Positions 24,235 through 32,000 of a stretch of 32,000 bases of DNA are shown one piece after another. The stretch is from Candidatus Saccharimonadota bacterium (GTDB taxonomy: Bacteria; Patescibacteriota; Microgenomatia; UBA1406; GWC2-37-13). The stretch's first letter is position 1. The number at the start of each line of letters is the position of its first letter. The translations under genes were made by a program, and so were the position numbers. The notes beneath the pieces are model-generated. The model searched no databases. It saw nothing but the letters and a program-made list of their open reading frames with translations, and was not told where the DNA came from. The DNA lies in NCBI GenBank assembly GCA_016699265.1, contig CP064967.1, positions 690,001 through 722,000 of the forward strand, given 5' to 3'.

Positions 24235-25755
24235 ATGTTTGACATATCTGGCTTTGTCAATTGGTTCCGAAAAAACTTTTCAAAGCGCGATCTTTTTTAT
24301 ACTGCCTTACTACTCGTCACTTATCTCGCAACTCGCCTCATAAATCTTGATAAGTTTCCGATTTTCACCGATGAGGGCATCTATATTCACTGGTCCAAGA
24401 TTGCTTGGAAGGATGCGGCGTGGCGCTTTATTTCTCTAACTGATGGGAAACAACCGCTACACACCTGGGGAATGATTCCATTTCTCAAGATATTTTCACC
24501 CAACCTTCTGTTAGGTGGCCGAATGTTTTCTATACTCTCAGGACTGATCGCGCTCAAAGGAGTTTTTTCTCTCTCCTACTATCTCTGGGGTAAAAAAACA
24601 GCTTTTATAGCCTCACTGTTCTACATCTTCACTCCGATGTTTCTATTTTATGACAGAATGGCGCTTGCCGATTCAGCTGTTAACGCAGGATTTATCTGGA
24701 TACTATTTGGGTCGATTCTTCTTATAAGAACGCTGAGAATGGATGTAGCTCTCGCGTTTGGCCTTGCTGCAGGTACAGCCATGCTTACTAAATCTTCCTC
24801 ACAGATGTTTGTGGCGCTCAGTGGACTCGCACCTGTACTCGCTTTCAAGAAAAAGTCCTTCATCAAAAATTCTTTCAGTTTCTATGTACTTTTCGTTTTT
24901 GCCTATGTCCTAGCGCTGGTCATTTACAACGTACAAAGACTCTCTCCTTATCTTCAGTATGTCGATCAAAAAAATGGCACTTTTGTTCTCACATTCAAAG
25001 AGTTCTTCGCAGCGCCATTCTCTCTGGTGATAAGCAATCTACCCCTAATTCCGTGGTATGTGTTTTCTGAAATGGGCTACGCATTAGGAGTTATCGGAGT
25101 GGTGGGATTATTTTTCTTGATCAAAAAAGATTGGAGATTGGGTCTCTATCTTGCAGCATGGCTTCTATTCCCCTATGTTGCTATTTCATTTTTTGCCAAG
25201 GTAATCTTTCCCCGATATCTTATATTTTTTGCTACGCTCCTAACTTTGACTGCAGCTTATTTAATCAGTAGTACAAAAAATAAGACAGTCAAAGTTCTCT
25301 GTTTCACGTTCTACGCTCTAAGTGTCGGTTACTTCAACTATGCAATATTATTCGATAATCAGAAAATTCCGTTCCCTCCTGTTGATCGCGGACAGTACAT
25401 CGAAAGTGTGAACGCAGGATATGGAATCAAAGATCTAATTCAGTATGCTCGTGAAAAATCTATGGATAAACCCGTTATTCTACTCGCCGAGGGAAACTTT
25501 GGCGTCGTAGGCGACATGTTAGAGTCATCGATCGGAATAGGTGAAAAAATTAGCATCAGAGGATTCTGGCCCCTAAATGCAAAGGACCTCTACGACAATC
25601 AGAAAGAACTTGCGAATAACCATGTGTATGTGGTTTATTCCCACAGAAAGCTTTCCGAGATCGATTCCTCATGGCCATTACGCCTCATTAAGGAATATAG
25701 GAGACCGTTTGGAGACTCAAGCTTTACCCTTCTTGAACTTACCAGCGCTAATTAG
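24235..25755 (+). CDS. GT-C-fold glycosyltransferase, ArnT/PMT_2 (GT39/GT83)-like
   Basis: TM1 followed by RLINLDKFPIFTDEGIYIHWSKIA, the DE-containing first periplasmic loop typical of ArnT/PMT. About 11 TM helices and a soluble C-terminal domain. The ATG at 24235 is preferred over the TTG at 24211. Confidence 0.85.
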   Translation: MFDISGFVNWFRKNFSKRDLFYTALLLVTYLATRLINLDKFPIFTDEGIYIHWSKIAWKDAAWRFISLTDGKQPLHTWGMIPFLKIFSPNLLLGGRMFSILSGLIALKGVFSLSYYLWGKKTAFIASLFYIFTPMFLFYDRMALADSAVNAGFIWILFGSILLIRTLRMDVALAFGLAAGTAMLTKSSSQMFVALSGLAPVLAFKKKSFIKNSFSFYVLFVFAYVLALVIYNVQRLSPYLQYVDQKNGTFVLTFKEFFAAPFSLVISNLPLIPWYVFSEMGYALGVIGVVGLFFLIKKDWRLGLYLAAWLLFPYVAISFFAKVIFPRYLIFFATLLTLTAAYLISSTKNKTVKVLCFTFYALSVGYFNYAILFDNQKIPFPPVDRGQYIESVNAGYGIKDLIQYAREKSMDKPVILLAEGNFGVVGDMLESSIGIGEKISIRGFWPLNAKDLYDNQKELANNHVYVVYSHRKLSEIDSSWPLRLIKEYRRPFGDSSFTLLELTSAN

Positions 25756-27486
25756 TACGACGACTCCAATCACCGATACGATCGATGTTGCATTTGCCCA
25801 GGTTCTGATCGGAGTATCCTCAAAACGAAACTCAAGACTATGCTCGCCCTTTGGCACCTGAACCGTGATAAGTTTAAATCTATTTCTATCGTTGATAGGA
25901 AGTACGCCACCATCAATCCTTCCAGTCCACCCGGGAAAGTGAAAGGTATTGAGTTGAAACGTGCTCAATCTTTTTGCATTTAATAAAAATACTTTTTTGT
26001 TAAAGCTATTCTCGACGATCTGAACAGACGCTCGCCCCTTGATCACTTTGTAAGGATTTTTTGGAACCTGATATTTTGATATATCAAAGATACTTGTATC
26101 ATACTGAGACTTTCTCAGGGGTACTCCTCTGGGACTAAACTCAAACGAACTTGAACTTACATTCCATGCGATCTCGTTAAATGATGTTAATTCACTATCT
26201 TTTTTATACACATAATTTTCTGGTTTAAAGTATTTTTGATACTGAAGAATTGTTCCGGTAATGACAATTAATGATAAAAACATTATTACTCTATCATTCC
26301 CGACCCGATCGGGAATCCAATTTATTGGGTTTCTGGATCCCCGCTTGCGCGAGGATGACAATACCTCATGTATATATTCGAAACTGTAGCCACCAAGCAA
26401 AGAAATAAATATTCCCGCAAAGGTTAAAAACCTCCATGGAAACTGCAGGTACTGAAGTGGTTGAATAGCGTCCCAAATGATTCGCGAATACTCGGTCGTC
26501 ATGAAAAGACTGAATAATAACATTGCAACGTAGACCGCATATCGTATAGCGTATTTCGTATCAATTTTTTTCTTCAATATTAAGAATAAGAACAAAATGA
26601 GTGATAGAACGGCCAGACCAATTTGTATTTTTCCAAGTTGAAAACTCATACCATCCGTGAGTCCAAGCCCAGAGCCACCATATCCCCACTGAGAAAACCA
26701 GAGTTGAGACGGCTGGATAAAGTGAATTGAGTATGAAGCAAGTTCCTTTGTGAGAATCGAGTCTACTAGCGTAAACTTTCTTTCAAGCATTGAAGGAAGC
26801 CAATAAAAAGCTGACAGCAGCGCTCCCAACAAACCTCCTAGAGCAACGTAAACTACATACTTAAACCTTTTTGAGACATAGAAAGAAGAGCCTAGAACAT
26901 AAATCGCGCAGAAAAAAATAAAAGGAAAAGCCACAAAGACATGACTCATAATGAGTAGGGCCACAATTACACCAAAGAACACAGCGCGTCTGACCGTTGC
27001 TTTTTCTCGTAAGAGTTCTAAACTCAAAAATGCAAAAGGCAGAAGGTTCATCCCATAAAATTCGGCAAATGCCCCTCGTACATAAACCAAAACAGCATGG
27101 TATGTAAAAAAAGTAAACAAAGTTGCGGTTACTAAACCTACAACCTTTGATCTTATAACCTTCAAACCTAATAGATACATTCCCACTGCCCCCAACAAAT
27201 ATCCAGAGATTATCATTGCCTTAACCGACCAAATATACGACGCGCCGATAAGCCTGTACATTTCCGAAATATAATAAATAAACGGAGGGTAAAAATTAAA
27301 GAGCGGGTACCCAAAGTTGAATCCAAGTACGTCGACCCATCGAGGAAACAAATATCCCTGATGGATCCCTTGATCTAGTAAAAATAGCCTTGCGATATGC
27401 TGAAAGTCGTGCACTGAAAAGTACCATGGATTTAACAAACTTACAAATGAGGGAATTGCTATAATCAGAAGTAGCAGGAAGTACAT
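25717..27486 (-). CDS. Large GT-C-like membrane protein (YfhO/ArnT-like architecture)
   Basis: 589 aa. HDFQHIARLFLLDQGIHQGYLFPRWVDVLGFNFGYPLFNFYPPFIYY is an N-terminal loop typical of YfhO-like GT-C proteins (from memory). It has many TM helices and a C-terminal beta-rich domain plus a TM anchor. Confidence 0.8.
   Translation of the reverse strand: MYFLLLLIIAIPSFVSLLNPWYFSVHDFQHIARLFLLDQGIHQGYLFPRWVDVLGFNFGYPLFNFYPPFIYYISEMYRLIGASYIWSVKAMIISGYLLGAVGMYLLGLKVIRSKVVGLVTATLFTFFTYHAVLVYVRGAFAEFYGMNLLPFAFLSLELLREKATVRRAVFFGVIVALLIMSHVFVAFPFIFFCAIYVLGSSFYVSKRFKYVVYVALGGLLGALLSAFYWLPSMLERKFTLVDSILTKELASYSIHFIQPSQLWFSQWGYGGSGLGLTDGMSFQLGKIQIGLAVLSLILFLFLILKKKIDTKYAIRYAVYVAMLLFSLFMTTEYSRIIWDAIQPLQYLQFPWRFLTFAGIFISLLGGYSFEYIHEVLSSSRKRGSRNPINWIPDRVGNDRVIMFLSLIVITGTILQYQKYFKPENYVYKKDSELTSFNEIAWNVSSSSFEFSPRGVPLRKSQYDTSIFDISKYQVPKNPYKVIKGRASVQIVENSFNKKVFLLNAKRLSTFQLNTFHFPGWTGRIDGGVLPINDRNRFKLITVQVPKGEHSLEFRFEDTPIRTWANATSIVSVIGVVVLISAGKFKKGKA
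26297..26318 (+). repeat. Copy E of the first hairpin of the repeat family, inside the CDS 25717..27486
   Basis: ttcccgacccgatcgggaatcc aligns with ttcccgatttacgatcgggatcc of copy B. It contains the perfect palindrome cccgatcggg. On the minus strand it is translated as ...NWIPDRVGNDR... in a hydrophilic loop. Confidence 0.6.
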
Positions 27487-27500
27487 TTCAGAACATTATA

Positions 27501-28952
27501 ATGGATACACTAAGTCAAGAGGAACTAAAGAGAAGAGGATTTATTAGCACCATAAGTCTATTTTTTCAGAGTGGTTATTCTGCGGTTCTTGGACTTATTG
27601 CCAATCTTATCGTTACGATTCTTCTCAGTCCACATGTCTTTGGGATCTATATAACAGTCCTGTCGATAATAGCCCTCTTCAACTACTTCTCAGACTTTGG
27701 ACTTGCCGCTTCACTCATACAGAAAAAGGAGATGACGGAAGAGGACATTAAAACCACCTTTACAATTCAACAGACTTTGATAGTTACCTTAATCACTATC
27801 GGTTTTTTTGCCACTACGTTCGTACGAAAGTTCTACAATCTTCCTCAGGAAGGCATGTATCTCTACTGGTCACTACTATTTGCTTTTTTCATCTCGTCTC
27901 TTAAAACTATCCCATCCGTTTTCCTTGAAAGACATATTAAATTTAACAAGGTCGTATATGTACAGGTAGTTGAGAATACCTTATTTTATGCAGCAGTTTC
28001 GATACTCGCAATAATGGGTTTCGGCTTGATGAGTTTCACTTACGCAGTGATGATCCGCGCCGTATCAGGACTAATCCTCATCTATAGAATATCACCGTGG
28101 ACCCCTCAGTTTGGATTCAACAAACAATCTTTAAAAATACTGCTCTCATTTGGTGTTCCATTTCAGGCTACCTCTTTTCTAGCCTTATTTAAGGATGATC
28201 TCATAGTGCTCTTCCTTGGAAAAATCCTCGGGTTTGAGCTATTAGGTTACGTCGGTTGGGCGAAGAAATGGGCAGATGCACCTCTCAGGGTATTTATGGA
28301 CAATGTAGGAAGAGTCTTGTTCCCCGTAATGTCTCGTGTTCAGGATAATAAAGAAAGACTTCGAAGCATCAGCCAAAAACTACTTTACTATCAGACTATG
28401 CTACTAGCGCCCGTTATGATCGGTATGATGTTTGCCTTACCATTACTCGTTACTTTGATACCTCAGTACACTAAATGGCAACCCGCCATACCTCTCTTTT
28501 ATATTTTTGCGCTATCATCACTCATTGTTTCTTTTTCTGCCCCATTCATGGCGCTGTTTAATGCTTTGGGAAAAGTGAAAATAACCTTCACATTTATGCT
28601 TCTTATAACCATAGTGACATGGATTCTCACTCCGATTCTTACTAAGAGGTATCAAGAATACGGATTCCCCATTACTCATTTAATTGTGTCATGTACCTTG
28701 GGACTTATTTTATTAAAGGTGCGCTCAACACTTGATATGAAAATTCTTCCATTCATCTTTAAACCACTACTATCAAGTGCAGGAATGGCAGTAATATTGT
28801 TCGGAGTTCAAAAACTATTTCCGGAAGCGAGTATTCCTCTTTTTATTATCATCTCCACTACGGGTGCTGTTTCGTACTTCGCGATTATGACCTATATATT
28901 CAATACAAATATTTATAGGGAACTCGTACAGTTTAAAAATAACAATGAATGA
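27501..28952 (+). CDS. Wzx-type oligosaccharide/polysaccharide flippase (MOP superfamily)
   Basis: 483 aa with about 12-14 TM helices. The N-terminal pattern GYSAVLGLIANLIVTILLSPHVFGIY...FSDFGLAASLIQ is typical of the polysaccharide biosynthesis protein family. Confidence 0.85.
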   Translation: MDTLSQEELKRRGFISTISLFFQSGYSAVLGLIANLIVTILLSPHVFGIYITVLSIIALFNYFSDFGLAASLIQKKEMTEEDIKTTFTIQQTLIVTLITIGFFATTFVRKFYNLPQEGMYLYWSLLFAFFISSLKTIPSVFLERHIKFNKVVYVQVVENTLFYAAVSILAIMGFGLMSFTYAVMIRAVSGLILIYRISPWTPQFGFNKQSLKILLSFGVPFQATSFLALFKDDLIVLFLGKILGFELLGYVGWAKKWADAPLRVFMDNVGRVLFPVMSRVQDNKERLRSISQKLLYYQTMLLAPVMIGMMFALPLLVTLIPQYTKWQPAIPLFYIFALSSLIVSFSAPFMALFNALGKVKITFTFMLLITIVTWILTPILTKRYQEYGFPITHLIVSCTLGLILLKVRSTLDMKILPFIFKPLLSSAGMAVILFGVQKLFPEASIPLFIIISTTGAVSYFAIMTYIFNTNIYRELVQFKNNNE

Positions 28953-29760
28953 TAAGCTTGCAATCATAACGGTCTCCTTCAATAAAAAAGCCGTCACTCA
29001 ACTTATTGAGTCCCTCGCTCATCAGAATCACAAAAACTTTACTCTTTATATCGTTGACACATCAGGCAACAACGACACCTTCCCTCCACTTAACCTTAAT
29101 GTGAAGGTTCTTAACCGGATAAATAAAGGATACGCTTACGGGATAAACGAAGGCATTAAAGAAGCTATGACAGATGGAGTTAACGCATTTTGCATAATCA
29201 ATGACGATACATATGTTGAAAAGGATTTTACTCAAAAAGCTAATGCCTCAATAAAATCCCATCCAAGTTCCTTGATTGGAGGTAAGATATATTATGCGCC
29301 AGAACACGAATACCATAAAGACAGATATGCAAAAAAAGATCAAGGGAATGTACTTTGGTATGCGGGTGGAACCGTTGACTGGTCACATAGTCAACCGGGT
29401 CATCGAGGAGTAGATGAGGTCGATCTAAAACAATTTGATAAAGTGGAAGAAACGGAGTTCATTACGGGCTGCCTCATGCTCTTAGACAAGTCAGTTATCA
29501 ACTCTCTTGGATTTCTCGATGAGTCGTACTTTCTCTACTATGAGGATGCCGATTACTGTGAGCGAGCAAAGAAACTAAATATTAAACTAATCTACGATCC
29601 ATCTGTAAAGATCTGGCATCTCGTTTCACAGTCAACCGATGGGTCCGGATCTAAACTTCATCAAAAATATCAAAAGAAAAACCTCGTTAAGTTTGCTTTA
29701 AAGTATGCGCCTCTACGTACAAAGCTCCACGTATTGAAAAACTATTTTTTTGCTGTGTAA
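28945..29760 (+). CDS. GT2 family glycosyltransferase (rhamnosyltransferase/WbbL-like)
   Basis: LAIITVSFN ... GYAYGINEGIK ... INDDTYV ... ITGCLMLL ... FLYYEDADYCERAKK are GT2 (GT-A) blocks. The start overlaps the wzx stop by 8 nt. Confidence 0.88.
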   Translation: MNDKLAIITVSFNKKAVTQLIESLAHQNHKNFTLYIVDTSGNNDTFPPLNLNVKVLNRINKGYAYGINEGIKEAMTDGVNAFCIINDDTYVEKDFTQKANASIKSHPSSLIGGKIYYAPEHEYHKDRYAKKDQGNVLWYAGGTVDWSHSQPGHRGVDEVDLKQFDKVEETEFITGCLMLLDKSVINSLGFLDESYFLYYEDADYCERAKKLNIKLIYDPSVKIWHLVSQSTDGSGSKLHQKYQKKNLVKFALKYAPLRTKLHVLKNYFFAV

Positions 29761-30080
29761 TCCCCACGATCTCGAGCTACTTGTTGCTCGTTCTCAAATA
29801 CTTCCAACACAACTGTACCGATTTTCGTTCCCGTACCTGGTTGGAATCCTCGTCTTTGAAATCCCTGTTCCCAGCTATTTAGAACCTCTTCTCGACGTTT
29901 GGGGTCTACCACACTCTCTCCTAGATGGGTCTTCGCCTTTCCAATAAAATGTGCTTCTTTTAACCTCTTACCAAAAAAGTCGAAGAGATGTTCATCTAAT
30001 TTTACGATTTCCTTTCGCGCAACATCTTTAACCGCTGCCCACATCGCTCTTGTTCGCTCTATTCCTCTACGACGCTCCAT
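29742..30080 (-). CDS. Hypothetical 112-aa soluble, highly charged protein
   Basis: ORF only. I recognise no family. Its 3' end overlaps the convergent GT2 gene by 19 nt. Confidence 0.5.
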   Translation of the reverse strand: MERRRGIERTRAMWAAVKDVARKEIVKLDEHLFDFFGKRLKEAHFIGKAKTHLGESVVDPKRREEVLNSWEQGFQRRGFQPGTGTKIGTVVLEVFENEQQVARDRGDYTAKK

Positions 30081-30119
30081 AACTGCAAACTATACCACAA
30101 GTAGCCTCAAAGACAAGGA

Positions 30120-30694
30120 TTAAAAAGAGATATAGCCGAGATCTTGGAGCTTGAGTAGAATGGATTTTAGATCGGTATTCTTAATGTAGAGATCTCCTTT
30201 TAGGTCGACTCCTGTTGGATTTCTCAATACCTCGACACCTTTGACCTTCTCGAGTCTAGTGTATTTATCTCCTGCCCAGTCAAGAAAAAACTTTCCAAAC
30301 TCAAGAGCTGGAGTCTGAAAAATAGACGCACTTTGCTTAAATATAAATATTCTAGGCGGATGTTCACTAAACTGCTTCAAGTATGAGTCTCGTAACTCGT
30401 CCCCTTCTCTAAACTGAGGCAGTAGTGATGGATGTTTTCCAACCCATACACCCTTTTTACATAGAAAGATTCATTAGGTTCATACGGCCCAATGAAGTAA
30501 TAATCTCCTTGATCGAGAACCTCATCAATAAAAGTTGCAGCGGGCCCCGCATTATGAATGGTCGGAAGTTTTTGAGTGTAGATCTTATATGCGGTGTTGA
30601 AGGAATTAACCAGGAGAAATATTCCCGTGAAAATAAAGAAAATTAATGTGATTAAGCGCACAACTCTACGCAAATCACTCAACCAGTCGTCCAT
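30120..30694 (-). pseudogene. Membrane-anchored extracytoplasmic protein split by a frameshift at a homopolymer
   Basis: ATG at 30694 preceded by AGAGG. MDDWLSDLRRVVRLITLIFFIFTGIFLLV is an N-terminal anchor. The downstream ORF 30120..30380 starts only at a TTG, and its frame is open about 30 codons further upstream. Adding one base to the T5 run at 30454-30458 joins them: ...NESFYVKKGVWVGKHPSLLPQFREGDELRDSYLKQFSEHPP.... Confidence 0.6.
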
Positions 30695-31808
30695 TGCCTC
30701 TACGGAGCCTTTTGCGGGGTGGGTTTGATTTTGCTTTGGAAAATAACCAAAGAACAAAGACAGAGGATATTAGGCCAAGCACCAAAAACATCGAGGATTG
30801 GTAGTCTGTCTCCTTAAAATCCTGAAGTCCACTTCGTGGAGCTGAAAAAGACAACACCAGAAAGTACATAAGTCCCAAAACCAATTTTTGCAAACAGAAA
30901 AAGAACAGAGTTAGTGTGGAAATACCTGCTAAGGTACCTATCGGAAGATACAGATCGAGATACTTAATCTTGGTTAGAAGTGGTAGATAACCTGCGGAAA
31001 AGTTTGAGATTATTGTCCATGAAAACTTAAATGGATTAAAGTGAGGACCTCTTACATAGTTTGGAATACTGATGTAGTACTTAGTGTTGTAAACAAAGTT
31101 CGCAAAATAAAAATCGTTCCAAGTTTTTGTAAGAAAAAGGTTGAGAACAAAAATACCGTAAGGCAGTATCGACCACGCAATGAGACTCAGCAATTTTTTA
31201 TCAACTTTAAACTTATAGAGATATGCATGCCAAAGATACAATACGGCTCCCATATATAGGAATGTAGCCGAGGACATAATCATGCAAAAAACAAAAAACG
31301 AGGAAACAAATAGACTTCTACCCAGCGACTTATTATCGAATGTCTCTGCTAAAAGAATCCAGAATGCGATGCTGAAAAAGAATACTGCAAGACTATCGGC
31401 CAAAAATAAATGGAACCAAAAATATAAAGAGGCAGCGGGATACAAAACAAAAAAAGCAAGAAATGGCTTTACCAAAGAAGGATGCTTTTTATAGATCCAT
31501 CGTCCGAGTAACGCAAACCCACCGAATTGGGCAACCGCCCATAAAACTCTCGTAAGAACAAAGGACTTACCAGAAAGAAATAAAAAAATAGAAGAGATAT
31601 ACCATGCTAGAGGAAGATGATGATCCCAAAAATCTCTATACGGTAACCCACCATTGAGAATGACCTTTCCTCCGAGGAGATTTATATATTCGTCTGGGTA
31701 GTCTACGTATCTACTATTTAGCAGGAATAGACCAAAGATAATGCCCAGAAGCAAAATCGAGGTGTAATTTTTCCGTATTAGTGAACTTAGTTTCTCTAGT
31801 AAGACCAT
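30675..31808 (-). CDS. GT-C-like multi-pass membrane glycosyltransferase (DUF2029/PMT_2-like)
   Basis: 377 aa with about 10 TM helices. The early loop DEYINLLGGKVILNGGLPYRDFWDHHLPLAWY resembles the catalytic first loop of GT-C enzymes. Confidence 0.75.
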   Translation of the reverse strand: MVLLEKLSSLIRKNYTSILLLGIIFGLFLLNSRYVDYPDEYINLLGGKVILNGGLPYRDFWDHHLPLAWYISSIFLFLSGKSFVLTRVLWAVAQFGGFALLGRWIYKKHPSLVKPFLAFFVLYPAASLYFWFHLFLADSLAVFFFSIAFWILLAETFDNKSLGRSLFVSSFFVFCMIMSSATFLYMGAVLYLWHAYLYKFKVDKKLLSLIAWSILPYGIFVLNLFLTKTWNDFYFANFVYNTKYYISIPNYVRGPHFNPFKFSWTIISNFSAGYLPLLTKIKYLDLYLPIGTLAGISTLTLFFFCLQKLVLGLMYFLVLSFSAPRSGLQDFKETDYQSSMFLVLGLISSVFVLWLFSKAKSNPPRKRLRRGNGRLVE

Positions 31809-32000
31809 AACGATCTAAGTTTTTTTCTTTCAATTATCAACGTTAACAGATTAATCATAGCAAATATAATTATTACAGCATGTTTTAAACCCAGGTTATG
31901 CAGATCTCCCCATGTCCCATACAACACAAATGGATAGTAAGAAAACAATATTCCGATTAGAAATATCTGCATTCTTTTGATGAGTTCGAAGAAATACGGT
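31796..32000 (-). CDS. 3' end of a further membrane-protein gene (partial, runs off the window)
   Basis: The minus-strand frame is open from the window edge: ...PYFFELIKRMQIFLIGILFSYYPFVLYGTWGDLHNLGLKHAVIIIFAMINLLTLIIERKKLRSLWSY*. The stop at 31796-31798 overlaps the start of the next gene by 13 nt. Confidence 0.5.
   Translation of the reverse strand, partial: PYFFELIKRMQIFLIGILFSYYPFVLYGTWGDLHNLGLKHAVIIIFAMINLLTLIIERKKLRSLWSY

Noticed and set aside
30675-30757. Frameshift fusion of the 377-aa GT-C gene with the downstream ORF 30377..30757
   Set aside because: The downstream frame is closed by a TAA only four codons upstream of its TTG. An ATG at 30694 with an AGAGG ribosome-binding site gives a sensible independent start, so these are treated as separate genes overlapping by 20 nt.

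Overview
This is a compact segment of about 40% GC that uses the standard genetic code: TAA, TAG and TGA all terminate intact conserved genes, so there is no sign of UGA recoding. Gene content and style resemble a Patescibacteria/CPR (Microgenomates-like) genome: very short spacers, several convergent gene overlaps, weak or absent Shine-Dalgarno sequences, scattered tRNAs and many GT-C membrane glycosyltransferases. That taxon call is inference only.

Layout:
- 1-12.5 kb: housekeeping genes (groES-groEL, a Lon-derived AAA+ protein lacking a protease domain, GT4, uppP, two NUDIX hydrolases, a MazG-like protein, a DUF218 protein, purA, a YkuK/DUF458-like protein) mixed with 7 tRNA genes (Tyr, Ala, Ile-UAU, Phe, Gly, Ser, Cys).
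- 12.5-17.7 kb: a GNAT acetyltransferase and a minus-strand operon of MacA-like adaptor, ABC ATPase, FtsX/MacB permease and a 579-aa HD-domain protein.
- 17.7-32 kb: a surface-glycosylation island. It holds six GT-C-fold membrane glycosyltransferase paralogues (one decayed), an Alg5/Dpm1/GtrB-like GT2 polyprenyl-phosphate-hexose synthase, two tandem 7-TM proteins with duplicated PQ-loop-like motifs, a Wzx flippase and a second GT2.

Most notable observations:
1. The island resembles a three-component GtrB/GtrA/GtrC-type system, but the two PQ-loop/MPDU1-like paralogues sit where a GtrA or ArnEF flippase would be expected.
2. A family of ~45-nt double-hairpin (REP/MITE-like) repeats lies at gene ends. 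One copy is flanked by a perfect 14-nt duplication of the tRNA-Ala 3' end. Related palindromic pieces lie in frame inside GT-C coding sequences, as Rickettsia RPEs do.
3. Three tRNAs carry partial duplicates of their own ends.
4. Four frameshifts all fall at 5-nt A/T homopolymers, and one GT-C gene has an in-frame TAG.
5. There is a bacterial tRNA-Ile(UAU), and a class II tRNA-Tyr with a C1:G72 first pair.

No rRNA gene, CRISPR array, transposase or integrase was seen.
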